64,000 nt of DNA, from positions 2,880,001 to 2,944,000 of the forward strand of contig OZ253442.1 in assembly GCA_965261085.1 (NCBI GenBank). Reading direction: 5' to 3'. The translations under genes and the position numbers were made by a program. This document shows, piece after piece, positions 50,464 through 59,994 of the stretch. The stretch comes from a bacterium. GTDB lineage: Bacteria; UBA8248. Under the pieces are notes generated by a model. That model made no database searches, had not been told where the DNA came from, and saw only the letters and a list, made by a program, of their open reading frames with translations. Positions within the stretch are counted from its first letter, which is position 1; every line of letters begins with the position of its first letter.

Positions 50464-51708
50464 ATGGTGACGGAAAAAACCCTCCACAAACTGACCATAC
50501 TCGGCGGACAATCCTTTGACGACAGGGAGGGCCCGCCCGGCATGCGGAAGAAGCCCATATACCGGCGAAAATTCCTGGCCTCGGACACGCCGGCGATATT
50601 TCCGGTGCCCTTCTCCGGCGGACGCATCATGCCGCTTCTCTCCACCATGATGACCAACGCCTGTAGCTACGATTGCCACTACTGTCCCATGCGCGCCTCG
50701 CGCAACATGCCCCGCTACGCCTTCAGCCCGGAGGAGTTGGCCGACACCTTCATGGCGCTCAAGAAGAGAAACCGCGCCGAGGGGCTTTTCCTCACCAGCG
50801 GGATTCCGGGCAGCGGCGTCACCGGGGTGGACAGGATGATAGCCACGGCGGAAATCCTGCGCTTCAAGCATCGTTTTGGCGGCTACATCCACCTCAAGAT
50901 GATGCCGGGGGTGGAGGACTCACAGCTCATCCGCGCCGCCCAGATAGCCACGAGGCTCTCGGTGAACCTCGAAGCCGCCACCCAGAGGGGTCTTCACACC
51001 ATGGCGCCCGAGAAGAAACTGGAATCGGACTTAAAACCCGCCCTGCAGTACGTGGGCAAGATGGCGCGTGAATCGTTTATCGAGAGAACGGGCCTCATCA
51101 CCGGCGGCGTGACGACGCAGTTCATCGTGGGCGCCAGCGGAGAGAGCGACATGGACGTGCTCTCGGCGTCTCATTCGCTCCAGAAGAAGGGCCTTCTGCG
51201 CCACACGCATTTCAGCGCCTTCAAGCCCGTAGAGGATACGCCCATGGACGGCGTGCCTTCCGTCTCCAAAACACGCGAGCACAGGCTTTATCAAGCGGAA
51301 CACCTCTTGCGCGAGTATGAGTTTCGGCTCGATGAGATTCCTGTCGCAGACGGCAATCTCGCCCTGGATGAAGACCCCAAGACGACCTGGGCCAGACGGA
51401 ACCTCTCGCAATTCCCTGTGGAGATCATGACTTCAGACCCCCGGGCCCTGATGCGCGTGCCGGGCATCGGCCCCACATGGGCGAAACGACTTGTCGAGGT
51501 GCGAAGAAAAGCCCACATCCGCGATTTCAGGGACCTCGCGCGCCTGGGCCGCATTCGCAAATCGGCGGCGGGCTGGCTCTCGCTGCGCGGCAAACGCCTG
51601 GGGCCGGAACCCGTGCTCGCCACGCAGTTGAGTCTCGGCCTGCAGCACAGGGGCAAACGGCGTGTTCATCCCTCGAGAAACATGCTGCCGCCGTGCTCTT
51701 TTCGCTGA
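50464..51708 (+). CDS. Putative DNA modification/repair radical SAM protein with HhH domain (TIGR03916-like)
   Basis: TNACSYDCHYC, GLFLTSG, FGGYIHLK, RLSVNLE, TQFIVGA, REHRLYQAEHLLREY, RVPGIG. Confidence 0.88.
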   Translation: MVTEKTLHKLTILGGQSFDDREGPPGMRKKPIYRRKFLASDTPAIFPVPFSGGRIMPLLSTMMTNACSYDCHYCPMRASRNMPRYAFSPEELADTFMALKKRNRAEGLFLTSGIPGSGVTGVDRMIATAEILRFKHRFGGYIHLKMMPGVEDSQLIRAAQIATRLSVNLEAATQRGLHTMAPEKKLESDLKPALQYVGKMARESFIERTGLITGGVTTQFIVGASGESDMDVLSASHSLQKKGLLRHTHFSAFKPVEDTPMDGVPSVSKTREHRLYQAEHLLREYEFRLDEIPVADGNLALDEDPKTTWARRNLSQFPVEIMTSDPRALMRVPGIGPTWAKRLVEVRRKAHIRDFRDLARLGRIRKSAAGWLSLRGKRLGPEPVLATQLSLGLQHRGKRRVHPSRNMLPPCSFR

Positions 51709-51832
51709 TGAGGGGGCTAGAAATACGGGGAGGGGTTGCACGCTCCCGCTTGACGCGAAAAAGCGATGGGACTACCCTGCCCGTCTCTCGCCATCGCACC
51801 TATGCGCGCGATGCGGGCAGACGCCGCTTCAT

Positions 51833-51907
51833 GGCCCCTTCGTCTAGCGGTCAGGACACCGGCCTCTCACGCCGGTAACAGGGGTTCGAGTCCCCTAGGG
51901 GTCACCA
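51833..51907 (+). tRNA. tRNA-Glu (anticodon CTC)
   Basis: Acceptor GGCCCCT/GGGGTC+ACCA; anticodon arm CCGGC-CTCTCAC-GCCGG; T arm AGGGGTTCGAGTCCCCT. Confidence 0.96.
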
Positions 51908-51933
51908 TACGACAAAATGCTCGGAAACATTCC

Positions 51934-52578
51934 TCAACCCCAGGAATTCAGGTGGACTATCTCATCGAGCGGGCGCCTTGTGGCGGGCTTGAAATTCGTC
52001 CCGATCGTATAGGCCACCGGAATGAGCGCCACCTGCATGAAATCATCCGGCACGCCGAGGAGTTCCGCCGCCTCCGCCTCGCACCTCAGGTGCAAGGTGG
52101 TGAACACCGAGCCCAGCCCGCGCGAGCGCAGCGCCAACTGAAAACTCCACACCGCAGGTATGACCGACCCCAAAAGGCCCGCCCACATGAACCTCGGCGG
52201 GTTTTCGGGCAGAAAATTCTCGATGCAGGGAATCACATGCACGGGGGAGCGCTCGATATTCTCGGCAAGATAGAGGGCGGAATCGAAGACGCGCTCGTTT
52301 TGCGCGGACCCGCTTTCTCGCGCCTGCGCCATGCCTTTCTCCAGATAGTCTCCGGTTCCTTTGCGGTACAACCGCCCGAGTTCACGGCGTATGCCCTCAT
52401 CCGTCACCACCAGCCAGCGCCAGCCCTGCCGATTCGAGCCGGTGGGGGCCTGAAGGCCGAGTTCCAAGCATTCCATCACGACCTCTGTCGGCACTTCGCG
52501 CTCGAAATCAAGGCGCTTGCGCACGGAGCGCGTCGTGGAGAGAAGTTTATCGGTGACTTTCAGATCAAAATCCGTCAT
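51934..52578 (-). CDS. Nitroreductase family protein
   Basis: TTRSVRKRLD, QAPTGSNRQGWRW, LALRSRGLGS. Confidence 0.92.
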   Translation of the reverse strand: MTDFDLKVTDKLLSTTRSVRKRLDFEREVPTEVVMECLELGLQAPTGSNRQGWRWLVVTDEGIRRELGRLYRKGTGDYLEKGMAQARESGSAQNERVFDSALYLAENIERSPVHVIPCIENFLPENPPRFMWAGLLGSVIPAVWSFQLALRSRGLGSVFTTLHLRCEAEAAELLGVPDDFMQVALIPVAYTIGTNFKPATRRPLDEIVHLNSWG

Positions 52579-52736
52579 GCGGTGCTCCTTTCAGCTTGTT
52601 GTAATGATTTCAGGTGAGATAGGGCATGTTACCAAAACAACCGGGCTCGCGTAATGCGCCGCGCTCTCAGGTTCCCAAAGAAGGTGCAGTTCCTCTATAA
52701 TCCCCCAAAATTCCGATAACGAAAATGAGGAAAACC

Positions 52737-53419
52737 ATGACGAACCAGGCAAGTCAGACGAGCAAAATCGAGTTGCTCGACCCGGAGGACGCCACGGGAG
52801 ATACGGCGCGCTACTTCGAGGCGACGCGCGAGTTTTTAGGCCGCATCCCGAATTCCGCGCTCGCGCTTGCGAACACGCCCTACATCGCGCGGTTCTACCT
52901 TCCCTTCAACGCCACGCTCCAGCGCGAGGGCATGGGCGGGCTGCTGACGTGCAGGATAAAGGAGATCGTCGTCCTGAAGACGAGTTTCGTGAATTCCTGC
53001 GCCTACTGAATCGCGCACAACACGGCGCTTGGTCAAGCGACGGGAATCACGGACGCGCAAATCGAGGCCATCGCCTCGGATGATTACATGACCTCCCCGG
53101 TTCTGAATCCGCGTGAGCGCGCCGCCTGCCTGTGGGCGGAGCATTTTACGAGAAACACGCGCGCGAGAACCCGGGCGTGTTGGAAGAAGTGAAGCGGCAC
53201 TTCACCGACGGCGAGATCGTCGAGATGTCGCTCATGAGCGGTAAGCAGGGCATGATGAACCGCTTCATGGATTCGTTCGGCATCCCCATCGAGGATGAGG
53301 GCGAGGTGAACAAGATCAGGAAATCGGTGCGGGGCAACCCGGACAAGATGAAGGCCTACCTGCAATCGCTCATCGACAACTGGCCCGAGGATTTCCCCGA
53401 ACCCAACCCGGACGAGTAG
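52737..53419 (+). CDS. AhpD/CMD-family selenoprotein (CxxU), with a 1-nt frameshift near 53160
   Basis: KEIVVLKTSFVNSCAY-TGA-IAHNTALG...RERAACLWAE continues in frame; C-terminus (KRHFTDGEIVEM...NRFMD) lies in another frame; SECIS-like hairpin at 53026-53039. Confidence 0.8.
53010..53045 (+). other. Putative bacterial SECIS element
   Basis: CGCTT-GGTC-AAGCG stem-loop; loop starts with G, 22 nt after the in-frame UGA. Confidence 0.65.
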
Positions 53420-53438
53420 GCATGCTCCAGAGAGCAAG

Positions 53439-53608
53439 TGCGGGCAAATGCGGGGTTCTTGGATAATTTTTTAATTCGATAAATTTCGATAATTATCTAA
53501 TGTTCTACTTTAATATAACTCTACATTTACATGAATTATAATAGATTACCATGGTATTTATAGCCATAAACCTTTTCATGTATTTATCGATATTTATCGT
53601 ATTTTTCA
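53439..53608. repeat. AT-rich 170-bp dispersed element, copy 2
   Basis: Collinear with 7052-7221. Confidence 0.85.
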
Positions 53609-54007
53609 TATCAATCGCGACTGATGAAGGAGCGATTGCGGTTTGCGCGTCCCCGAAGGAGCCTGAGAGTTTCATCGCCCCGATGGATTCGCCGAGGTGC
53701 GCGTAGCGCGTGATGTTCGCCCGCTCCGTCCGCTCCGTCCGCTTCGCCGGGATGAGAACATCGCTTGAAATTCCCTGCGTCATCGCCTCTTCCCCATGAA
53801 GGCCGCACAAATTCGACCGCCCTGCCTGCTCCGCCCGCCTCGCCCCCAAGGAGAGAGCGGGCCGCTGCATGAAACCCTCATTCATCAATCGGGTTTGACT
53901 CTATCGAAACGCCACGATTCGCCGTCACGCCAAATGCGGGGAAATGCGTGATCAAACCCGACCTGTTCCGGGAGCATCGCCGTCCCGGTGTCAAACGCGA
54001 CCACTGC

Positions 54008-54289
54008 GGGGTTGTTGAAAAAGACCCCTTTTTAGAGAGTAGAGGGGACACCCCTTTCGACTGGTAAAACCAACCCCCCTGTCCCCCCTTGTCAGGGGGG
54101 TAAAGGCGATGCCCCCCGACGAGGAGGTGGAAGAAAAGCCCCCCTGACAAGGGGGGACAGGGGGGTTAGTTTCCAGCCGAGGGAGGGCGAGCGGGACGGG
54201 TAAAGTACTATTCCCTCCGACTCCCCCCCATCCTTCCTTGCCATGAACCCCCCAACCCCCCTTGTCAGGGGGGCTTTTTCAACAACCCC
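54008..54289. mobile_element. MITE family B copy
   Basis: Terminal inverted repeats GGGGTTGTTGAAAAAG / CTTTTTCAACAACCCC; first ~90 bp nearly identical to 17125 onward. Confidence 0.8.
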
Positions 54290-54456
54290 GAGGAGCGAGC
54301 GTTTGCCGATTGAGAAAGGAGGTCGAATCCGACTGAAAAAGGAGGATTCGCGAAATCCCGGCGAATGAAGAATCCCCTCGTTCGGGATGCTTCGTACTCC
54401 TCGCGGCATTCAACATCCCCTAATGCGCAATCTTTCTCGTATGGCGCGTCCCATGC

Positions 54457-54546
54457 TTGACAGTTACCCATATTGTATTATATTTTACCTGCCATTTAAT
54501 AATTTACTTGACAATTCCCTTTCTTGTCTTACAATTTAACCTGCCA
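54457..54546 (+). promoter_or_regulatory. Tandem sigma70-like promoters
   Basis: TTGACA at 54457 and 54508; TACAAT at 54530; ACCTGCCA at 54487 and 54539. Confidence 0.55.
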
Positions 54547-54822
54547 GTCAATTTCGGACCCAACTCACCTACATAGCAGCCCTTTTCGGGCAGCCGCAAC
54601 GAGGCGTATTCCTTGCGGGATTGCGCGTGAACTTTATGTCAATCCGCAAGCTGTTTACGACCTCCCAGAGCCGTCGATCGGGATGGTCGAGATGTTGCCG
54701 CCTTAAATGGATGAGGTTGCGCCGGGAGGTAGTGTTGTTTTCCCCCTAAGGTCCGATCTCCATCCATACCTTGCGCGCCACACTCCTTGACCAGGAAGGC
54801 GCTCGCAAAAGGGGGAAAGGAA

Positions 54823-57006
54823 ATGAACAAAAATAGACTGCGAATCTCGATTATCGTTCTTCTGGTGGCCGTGGCCGTCGCCTCCTTCGGTTGCGGCGGT
54901 GGCTCCGGCGCCAACCCGGCGGCAGGCGGCGATTTCATCACTGCCGTGGTGCCGGGCGCAGGCTCGACGTCCGGCAGTGAAAGCAAAAACCCTAGCCCTG
55001 GTGATCCGCCATCGAATGGAGACGGGGGAAGAGGGTCCGGCAGCCCCACCCACTCGACGTCTCTTGGCGGAGGAAACGGGCCCGGCAGTTCGACGCAAAA
55101 TACTCAAATCGAGAAAGAACCACCCCCTATCGGCTTTCAGTTAACAGATGATTTTCAGGAAGAAAATTATCCTCTGCCTTGGGAGCATGGCCTCTTCGAG
55201 GGCCGGATTGTATTGTTTGCCGGCAAATCAGAAAAGCATGGCAACTTGTTAATTACGTGTCCTTCGGGCCGCAAGGCATGCATCTTAAACGTCGGCTCTG
55301 ACGGCTCGTTGTCCTACGCAGTAAGCAACGGCCTGCCCAGCTTTACGCTTATCCCAACCGAGGGATTTCCAGACATCCCGTTGCCGCAGCCCAACGAAGC
55401 GGCGCAGGCGCCTGTTGTCGAACTCGATTTTGGAAGCACCCTGCACGTGGGGTCCAACGTCGCGCCTCGGGCCGACGAGTTGACCACAGGTGTCGACCGC
55501 AACGGAGTGTCCGTTTCATACGGACAGGTTCGGGACGGCATCGGGGCGAACGAAGTCCTCGAATTTATGAATTTACACGTTAGTCTTGAAGATAAGATTA
55601 CCCATGGTGGTGTGGGAGGCGCCCCGGGTCTCGAAACGTTTCCCGAACCGCCGACCATCCGCCTCGCCGAGGGAACCAGCGATTCATACGCCCGGTTTAC
55701 GGCGCACGCCGTTCAGTTGATCAACAACGCCTTGCCCTATGAGAAGCGCATCACAATCAGCCCGGAGGCTTTGCCGATAGATACGGAATTAGGTGACCTC
55801 TCGGAGGGAGAGATTTTTCTCAATTTCGGTTCGCTCGCATCACGCACGCTAGGGGGCGCCAAACTTTTAAGCAGTTACAATGAAAATCAAGAAGAAGTTC
55901 AAAAGGCATTAAAAGCCCTTGTCACTATAAATGAACATCAAATGCGTAAGGCCTTTGTGTATGACCCCCCGCCGGACCCGGTTGAGAATACGCCGGAAAA
56001 CTGGGAAACTATTTTAGAGGAATATTGGGGTTCAAAATATCCGGATAGCCGGGTTGAGAATTCAGACACGATCATCAAATTTTACAACGACAGGATATTC
56101 CTTTCAGTCGTTGTTCATGAAATCATGCATGCCCTCGGCTTTTATCATACCGACGAAACTAGAAATACTAAATCAGTCATGCATCCCATTGTAAACGAGG
56201 GCCAAGTAAACGTACCTTCACCTTACTTGCCCGAGAACTCGCTCGTTATCATAATCCCCTTGCAGATTGTTAACCTGACTGACGAGGAAACAACTGTGCC
56301 CGTGCTCGAGGCAACAACAGCTCAACTTGCACTCGAGGCGACAACAGATCAGCCCGAACGCAATTCGCCGGGCCGCCTCGCCACAGCAGATGCTCGATCC
56401 GTACCCGGGCATAACCTGTTTCCTCTCGACAGGGCGGCCCTGCTGGCGGCCTACGGCAGGATCGATCCGGGCACTCAGCCGGATGAACTGACGGCGGAAA
56501 ACCTGGGCGCCTGGACCGACAGGTCGTTTCACCTGCGTGGGGATGTGGATTTTCCGGGCGGACAGGCTACTTTCGGCGTCGCCTCTAGCAACGGCCTGAT
56601 CCAGCCCTGGGCATCGGGCCCGACGCCTTGGACGAACCTGGCGGATAATCGGGTGTTGCCGGGAAGCGCTACCTGGAACGGCGCGCTCCTGGGCATCACT
56701 TCTTCATTGGAAACGGTCGCAGGCGACGCCCGCCTCTTCGTGCGGTTGAGGAACCTGAATGGGCGAATCGACTTCACCGGCCTGGAGAAATGGGGGGTGA
56801 ACGAGGCGCCGGGAGAGGCCGGTAGCGGTACGACGTGGGACGATGGCGATCTGGGATACACAATCGAGGTTCGCGGCAATACATTCATCCAGACCGGCGG
56901 AGACGACGGCAAGGTAACCGGCGCGTTCTTCGGCGTCGCTCACGAGGCGATGGGCGGCGTACTCGAACGCGCCGACCTGGCGGCGGGCTTCGGCGGGAAG
57001 CGATAA
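54823..57006 (+). CDS. Lipoprotein with metzincin zinc-protease motif and TbpB-like C-terminal barrel
   Basis: Lipobox SFGC, G/S/P linker, HEIMHALGFYH with Met-turn SVMHP, C-terminal ATWNG...VTGAFFG...MGG...GFGGKR. Confidence 0.7.
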   Translation: MNKNRLRISIIVLLVAVAVASFGCGGGSGANPAAGGDFITAVVPGAGSTSGSESKNPSPGDPPSNGDGGRGSGSPTHSTSLGGGNGPGSSTQNTQIEKEPPPIGFQLTDDFQEENYPLPWEHGLFEGRIVLFAGKSEKHGNLLITCPSGRKACILNVGSDGSLSYAVSNGLPSFTLIPTEGFPDIPLPQPNEAAQAPVVELDFGSTLHVGSNVAPRADELTTGVDRNGVSVSYGQVRDGIGANEVLEFMNLHVSLEDKITHGGVGGAPGLETFPEPPTIRLAEGTSDSYARFTAHAVQLINNALPYEKRITISPEALPIDTELGDLSEGEIFLNFGSLASRTLGGAKLLSSYNENQEEVQKALKALVTINEHQMRKAFVYDPPPDPVENTPENWETILEEYWGSKYPDSRVENSDTIIKFYNDRIFLSVVVHEIMHALGFYHTDETRNTKSVMHPIVNEGQVNVPSPYLPENSLVIIIPLQIVNLTDEETTVPVLEATTAQLALEATTDQPERNSPGRLATADARSVPGHNLFPLDRAALLAAYGRIDPGTQPDELTAENLGAWTDRSFHLRGDVDFPGGQATFGVASSNGLIQPWASGPTPWTNLADNRVLPGSATWNGALLGITSSLETVAGDARLFVRLRNLNGRIDFTGLEKWGVNEAPGEAGSGTTWDDGDLGYTIEVRGNTFIQTGGDDGKVTGAFFGVAHEAMGGVLERADLAAGFGGKR

Positions 57007-57051
57007 AGAGAATAATAAAAAACAGATGAGACGGGCCGCGCCGTCCCGGAC

Positions 57052-58086
57052 CTACAAATACTCCCGCACCTCCACCGTCCGGCCCAGGCGGGAGCTGGCG
57101 TCCGCGGCGTAGACGGCGGCGAGGTTCTCATGCGCGGCGCGGCCGTCGACCTCGGGCGTGCGGTCCTCGCGCACGCAATCGGCGAAATCCTCGAGCGCAT
57201 CGCGGAACATGTCACCCTCCGGCATGTCGTATACGGCGTCCTCGCCCAGCGGGTCACGGTCCACATGCAGGCGAATGGGTTCCGGCGCCTTTGAGGGGTC
57301 GCGCCACTGCTGGCCGGTGATGCGGAAATGCGCGACGCCTTTCGTGCCGTGCACGTTCATGTGAAACGCCCAGGGACACGCCCAGCCGCCGCCCACGTAG
57401 GAGAGCGCGCCGCTTTCGTGCTCCAGAATCATCATCGAGGTGTCGTCCACGTCCTCGGTTGCGTAGGCGCGCTTGAGCCTGGCGGTGACGCTTTTTATCG
57501 GCCCGTGCAGGTAGCGGAACGTGTCGATGTGGTGGATGGATAGCTGGATGACGACGCCGGTGGGGTTCAGTTCGCGGCTCGAGCGCCACTTGTCGGGTGT
57601 GAGTTCCAGGCCTCGCTCGGTGCAGAAGTTGCTCTCGCTCATCGAGATTTTTCCGATTTCGCCCGCATCGATCAGCTCCTTCATGCGTCTGGATACGGCC
57701 AGGCGGCGCGCGCTGTGGCCCACCGCCAGCTTGACGCCCGCGCCCTCGGCCGCATCCACGATGGCTCTCGAGTGCTCCAGGCTGTGGGCGATGGGTTTTT
57801 CGCAATAAACATGCTTGCCCGCGGCGGCCAGCGCCTCGATGTGCTCCTTGTGGTTGTGGTTGGGCGTCGTGAGGATGACGGCCTCTATTTCATCGTCGTT
57901 CAAGAGCGCTTCCAGGCAATCCGCCTCGCGCGCGCCGTAGCGCTCCATGAAGGCGCGGCGCTTCTCGGGCGTGCGGCTGAAGCAAGAGACGAGCCGGATT
58001 TTGCCTCCGCGCAGCGCGGCGTCGGCGAGCACGTTGGCCCAGCGCCCCAACCCCATCGAGGCGGCGCGCACGGGTTCGAACGACAT
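57052..58086 (-). CDS. Gfo/Idh/MocA family oxidoreductase
   Basis: GLGRWA, TTPNHNH, AGKHVYCEKP, VGHSAR, HHID. Confidence 0.92.
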   Translation of the reverse strand: MSFEPVRAASMGLGRWANVLADAALRGGKIRLVSCFSRTPEKRRAFMERYGAREADCLEALLNDDEIEAVILTTPNHNHKEHIEALAAAGKHVYCEKPIAHSLEHSRAIVDAAEGAGVKLAVGHSARRLAVSRRMKELIDAGEIGKISMSESNFCTERGLELTPDKWRSSRELNPTGVVIQLSIHHIDTFRYLHGPIKSVTARLKRAYATEDVDDTSMMILEHESGALSYVGGGWACPWAFHMNVHGTKGVAHFRITGQQWRDPSKAPEPIRLHVDRDPLGEDAVYDMPEGDMFRDALEDFADCVREDRTPEVDGRAAHENLAAVYAADASSRLGRTVEVREYL

Positions 58087-58186
58087 ATCTTTTCTCCTTG
58101 ACCTATGAAGAGTCCGGGTATTGGTTGAGTCCGGTATTTATGAGGGCTAAAGAAACCCTGAATTCTCCACTCCATCTCAGCCTATC

Positions 58187-58645
58187 CTAGATGCTCACCT
58201 GGAAATTGGGCAGGCGAACGCCGCCTCCCGCATCGACAGGCGCCGCGCTCAACTCATCGAGCGTGGTCTCGCGCAGCGTCTCGTCTATGGCGTCTTCGAG
58301 TTTCTTCCACAGGGTGCGGCTCCCGCACACCGGAATGTTCGGACACGGCGACGAGGGCGGCGCCTCGCCGCAATCGACGGGCTTTATCGTCTCCCCCACC
58401 GCGCAGAAAACGTCGCGCATGTTAATTTCAGAGGGCGGCAGCGCCAGAATGTAGCCGCCTCCCGGCCCCCTCGTGCTGCTCACCAGAGAAGCCCTGCGCA
58501 TTTTCACGAACAACTGCTCCAGATAGTGCTGGCTGATACCGAGCTTGCCGGCTATCTGGGGCAAGGGGACGGGATGCGTCTGAGAATGCCGTGCCAACTC
58601 TATCATGGCGAGCACGGCGTATCGTCCTTTGGTCGATATCTTCAT
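58187..58645 (-). CDS. Rrf2-family transcriptional regulator (IscR/CymR-like)
   Basis: MKISTKGRYA, YLEQLF, STRGPGGGY, three Cys (C-x8-C-x5-C). Confidence 0.92.
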   Translation of the reverse strand: MKISTKGRYAVLAMIELARHSQTHPVPLPQIAGKLGISQHYLEQLFVKMRRASLVSSTRGPGGGYILALPPSEINMRDVFCAVGETIKPVDCGEAPPSSPCPNIPVCGSRTLWKKLEDAIDETLRETTLDELSAAPVDAGGGVRLPNFQVSI

Positions 58646-58676
58646 CGGCGGCATCCTTTCATCAAGCGACTCGACA

Positions 58677-59492
58677 TCATGGCCAAGCGAGCACTCCCCG
58701 CCGCACGGGGATTTTCGTTTGCCCGCGCGCAGCGAGCGCGCAGACGGGACAATCCGGGTTCTGGGCCACACGCACGCTCCCGACGGCGTTTTTCCAGAAA
58801 TCAGCCGTCATCAGCCTGTTCGACCAGGCGGGCTCAAGCCCCTGGAGAACACGCAGCGCATCGGCGGCCTGCGCCATGCCCACGAAACCCGCCACCGCTC
58901 CGAAAACGCCCGCATCCCCGCAATCGAGGCCGCGCGCGTTTGCGCCCTCCTCTCCCACGAGGCAGCGCAGACACGCGCTCTTACCGGGCAGAATCGTCAG
59001 AACCTGGCCGAAAAACCGTAAAACGCCCCCCATCACCCACGGCTTGTTCGATGCGGCGCAGGCGTCGTTCAGGGCCATTTTGGACTCGATATTATCGCTT
59101 CCATCGATGATGACGTCGTAAGGCGCGATGATTCGGGCGGCATTCCCGCGCGTGAGTTTTTGGGGAATCTTATCCACAGCTACCTTGGCGGATAGCCTGA
59201 AAATGGAATCAGCACCCGAGTCCACCTTCAGGCGGCCGATGTCCTCGCCTCGGTGGAGAATCTGGCGGGCCAGGTTGTCGAGCGACACCACGTCGTGATC
59301 CGCAAGCCCGATGCGCGCAACGCCCGCCGCCGCAAGGGCGAGCGCGGCGGGACAGCCCAGGCCGCCGACCCCCACGATGAGGACGGACGAGCCCGCCAGG
59401 GCGCATTTCTCGCTCTTGGGTGCCGTGGATGCGCTTGCGGACGCCCCCGGCGCTGCACCGGGCAGCCCCGCGTGAGGAGTATGAAGGCTCAT
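58677..59492 (-). CDS. MoeB/ThiF E1-like adenylyltransferase, catalytic-type subunit lacking the N-terminal RYSR segment
   Basis: GVGGLG, DHDVVSLDNLARQ, K, DGSDN, CLRC, C..AGV, CPVC. Confidence 0.88.
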   Translation of the reverse strand: MSLHTPHAGLPGAAPGASASASTAPKSEKCALAGSSVLIVGVGGLGCPAALALAAAGVARIGLADHDVVSLDNLARQILHRGEDIGRLKVDSGADSIFRLSAKVAVDKIPQKLTRGNAARIIAPYDVIIDGSDNIESKMALNDACAASNKPWVMGGVLRFFGQVLTILPGKSACLRCLVGEEGANARGLDCGDAGVFGAVAGFVGMAQAADALRVLQGLEPAWSNRLMTADFWKNAVGSVRVAQNPDCPVCALAARGQTKIPVRRGVLAWP

Positions 59493-59983
59493 GCGCCCGC
59501 CTCCTCGAATATCTCCAGATCGCTTTCAACGAAAGTCTTTTGCTCCGCATCCCAGTAATACACCTTCTGGCCGAGTACGACGCCCGCGCGCACGCTCATG
59601 ACGACGTGCCCCGCATCCGGGAACGCCGGGATATCGCCGAAAGGAACCGCCGCATCCACGTCTTCCTGTGAAAAATAGGCGTCCTCATCCGGGTGGCTGT
59701 GAAAGATGCCGCGAACCACCTCGCCCGCCTCCTCGGCCCGCCTCACGATGCGCTCGAACTCGAAGGGATCGATCAGAAAAGCGCGCCGCGCCGTTCGGGG
59801 ATAGATTTCCGGGTCTTTCTCGTGCATCTCGTTCTGCACGTTTTTACAGGGCGAAAGGGCGAAAGTTTCTTCTTTATCCCCTTGCGCAGGCGGGGGGCCG
59901 ATAATCAACCCGCAGCACTCATCGGGATACGCCTCGCGCGCGTGGCGGTGCATCGCCTCCACCTGATCACGATTCAGACGCAA
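59489..59983 (-). CDS. mec: JAB/JAMM (M67) metallopeptidase, Mec-like
   Basis: YPDECCG...FHSHPDEDAYFSQED. Confidence 0.88.
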   Translation of the reverse strand: MRLNRDQVEAMHRHAREAYPDECCGLIIGPPPAQGDKEETFALSPCKNVQNEMHEKDPEIYPRTARRAFLIDPFEFERIVRRAEEAGEVVRGIFHSHPDEDAYFSQEDVDAAVPFGDIPAFPDAGHVVMSVRAGVVLGQKVYYWDAEQKTFVESDLEIFEEAGA

Positions 59984-59994
59984 ATCAAGCCTCC

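Noticed and set aside
51833-52000. Genomic island integrated at tRNA-Glu
   Set aside because: No integrase nearby and no duplicated tRNA 3' end noticed in the window
53612-53638. Hammerhead ribozyme (GTC and CTGATGA motifs in the hairpin family)
   Set aside because: CTGANGA sits in a single terminal loop; no stem II, GAAA or three-way junction is evident
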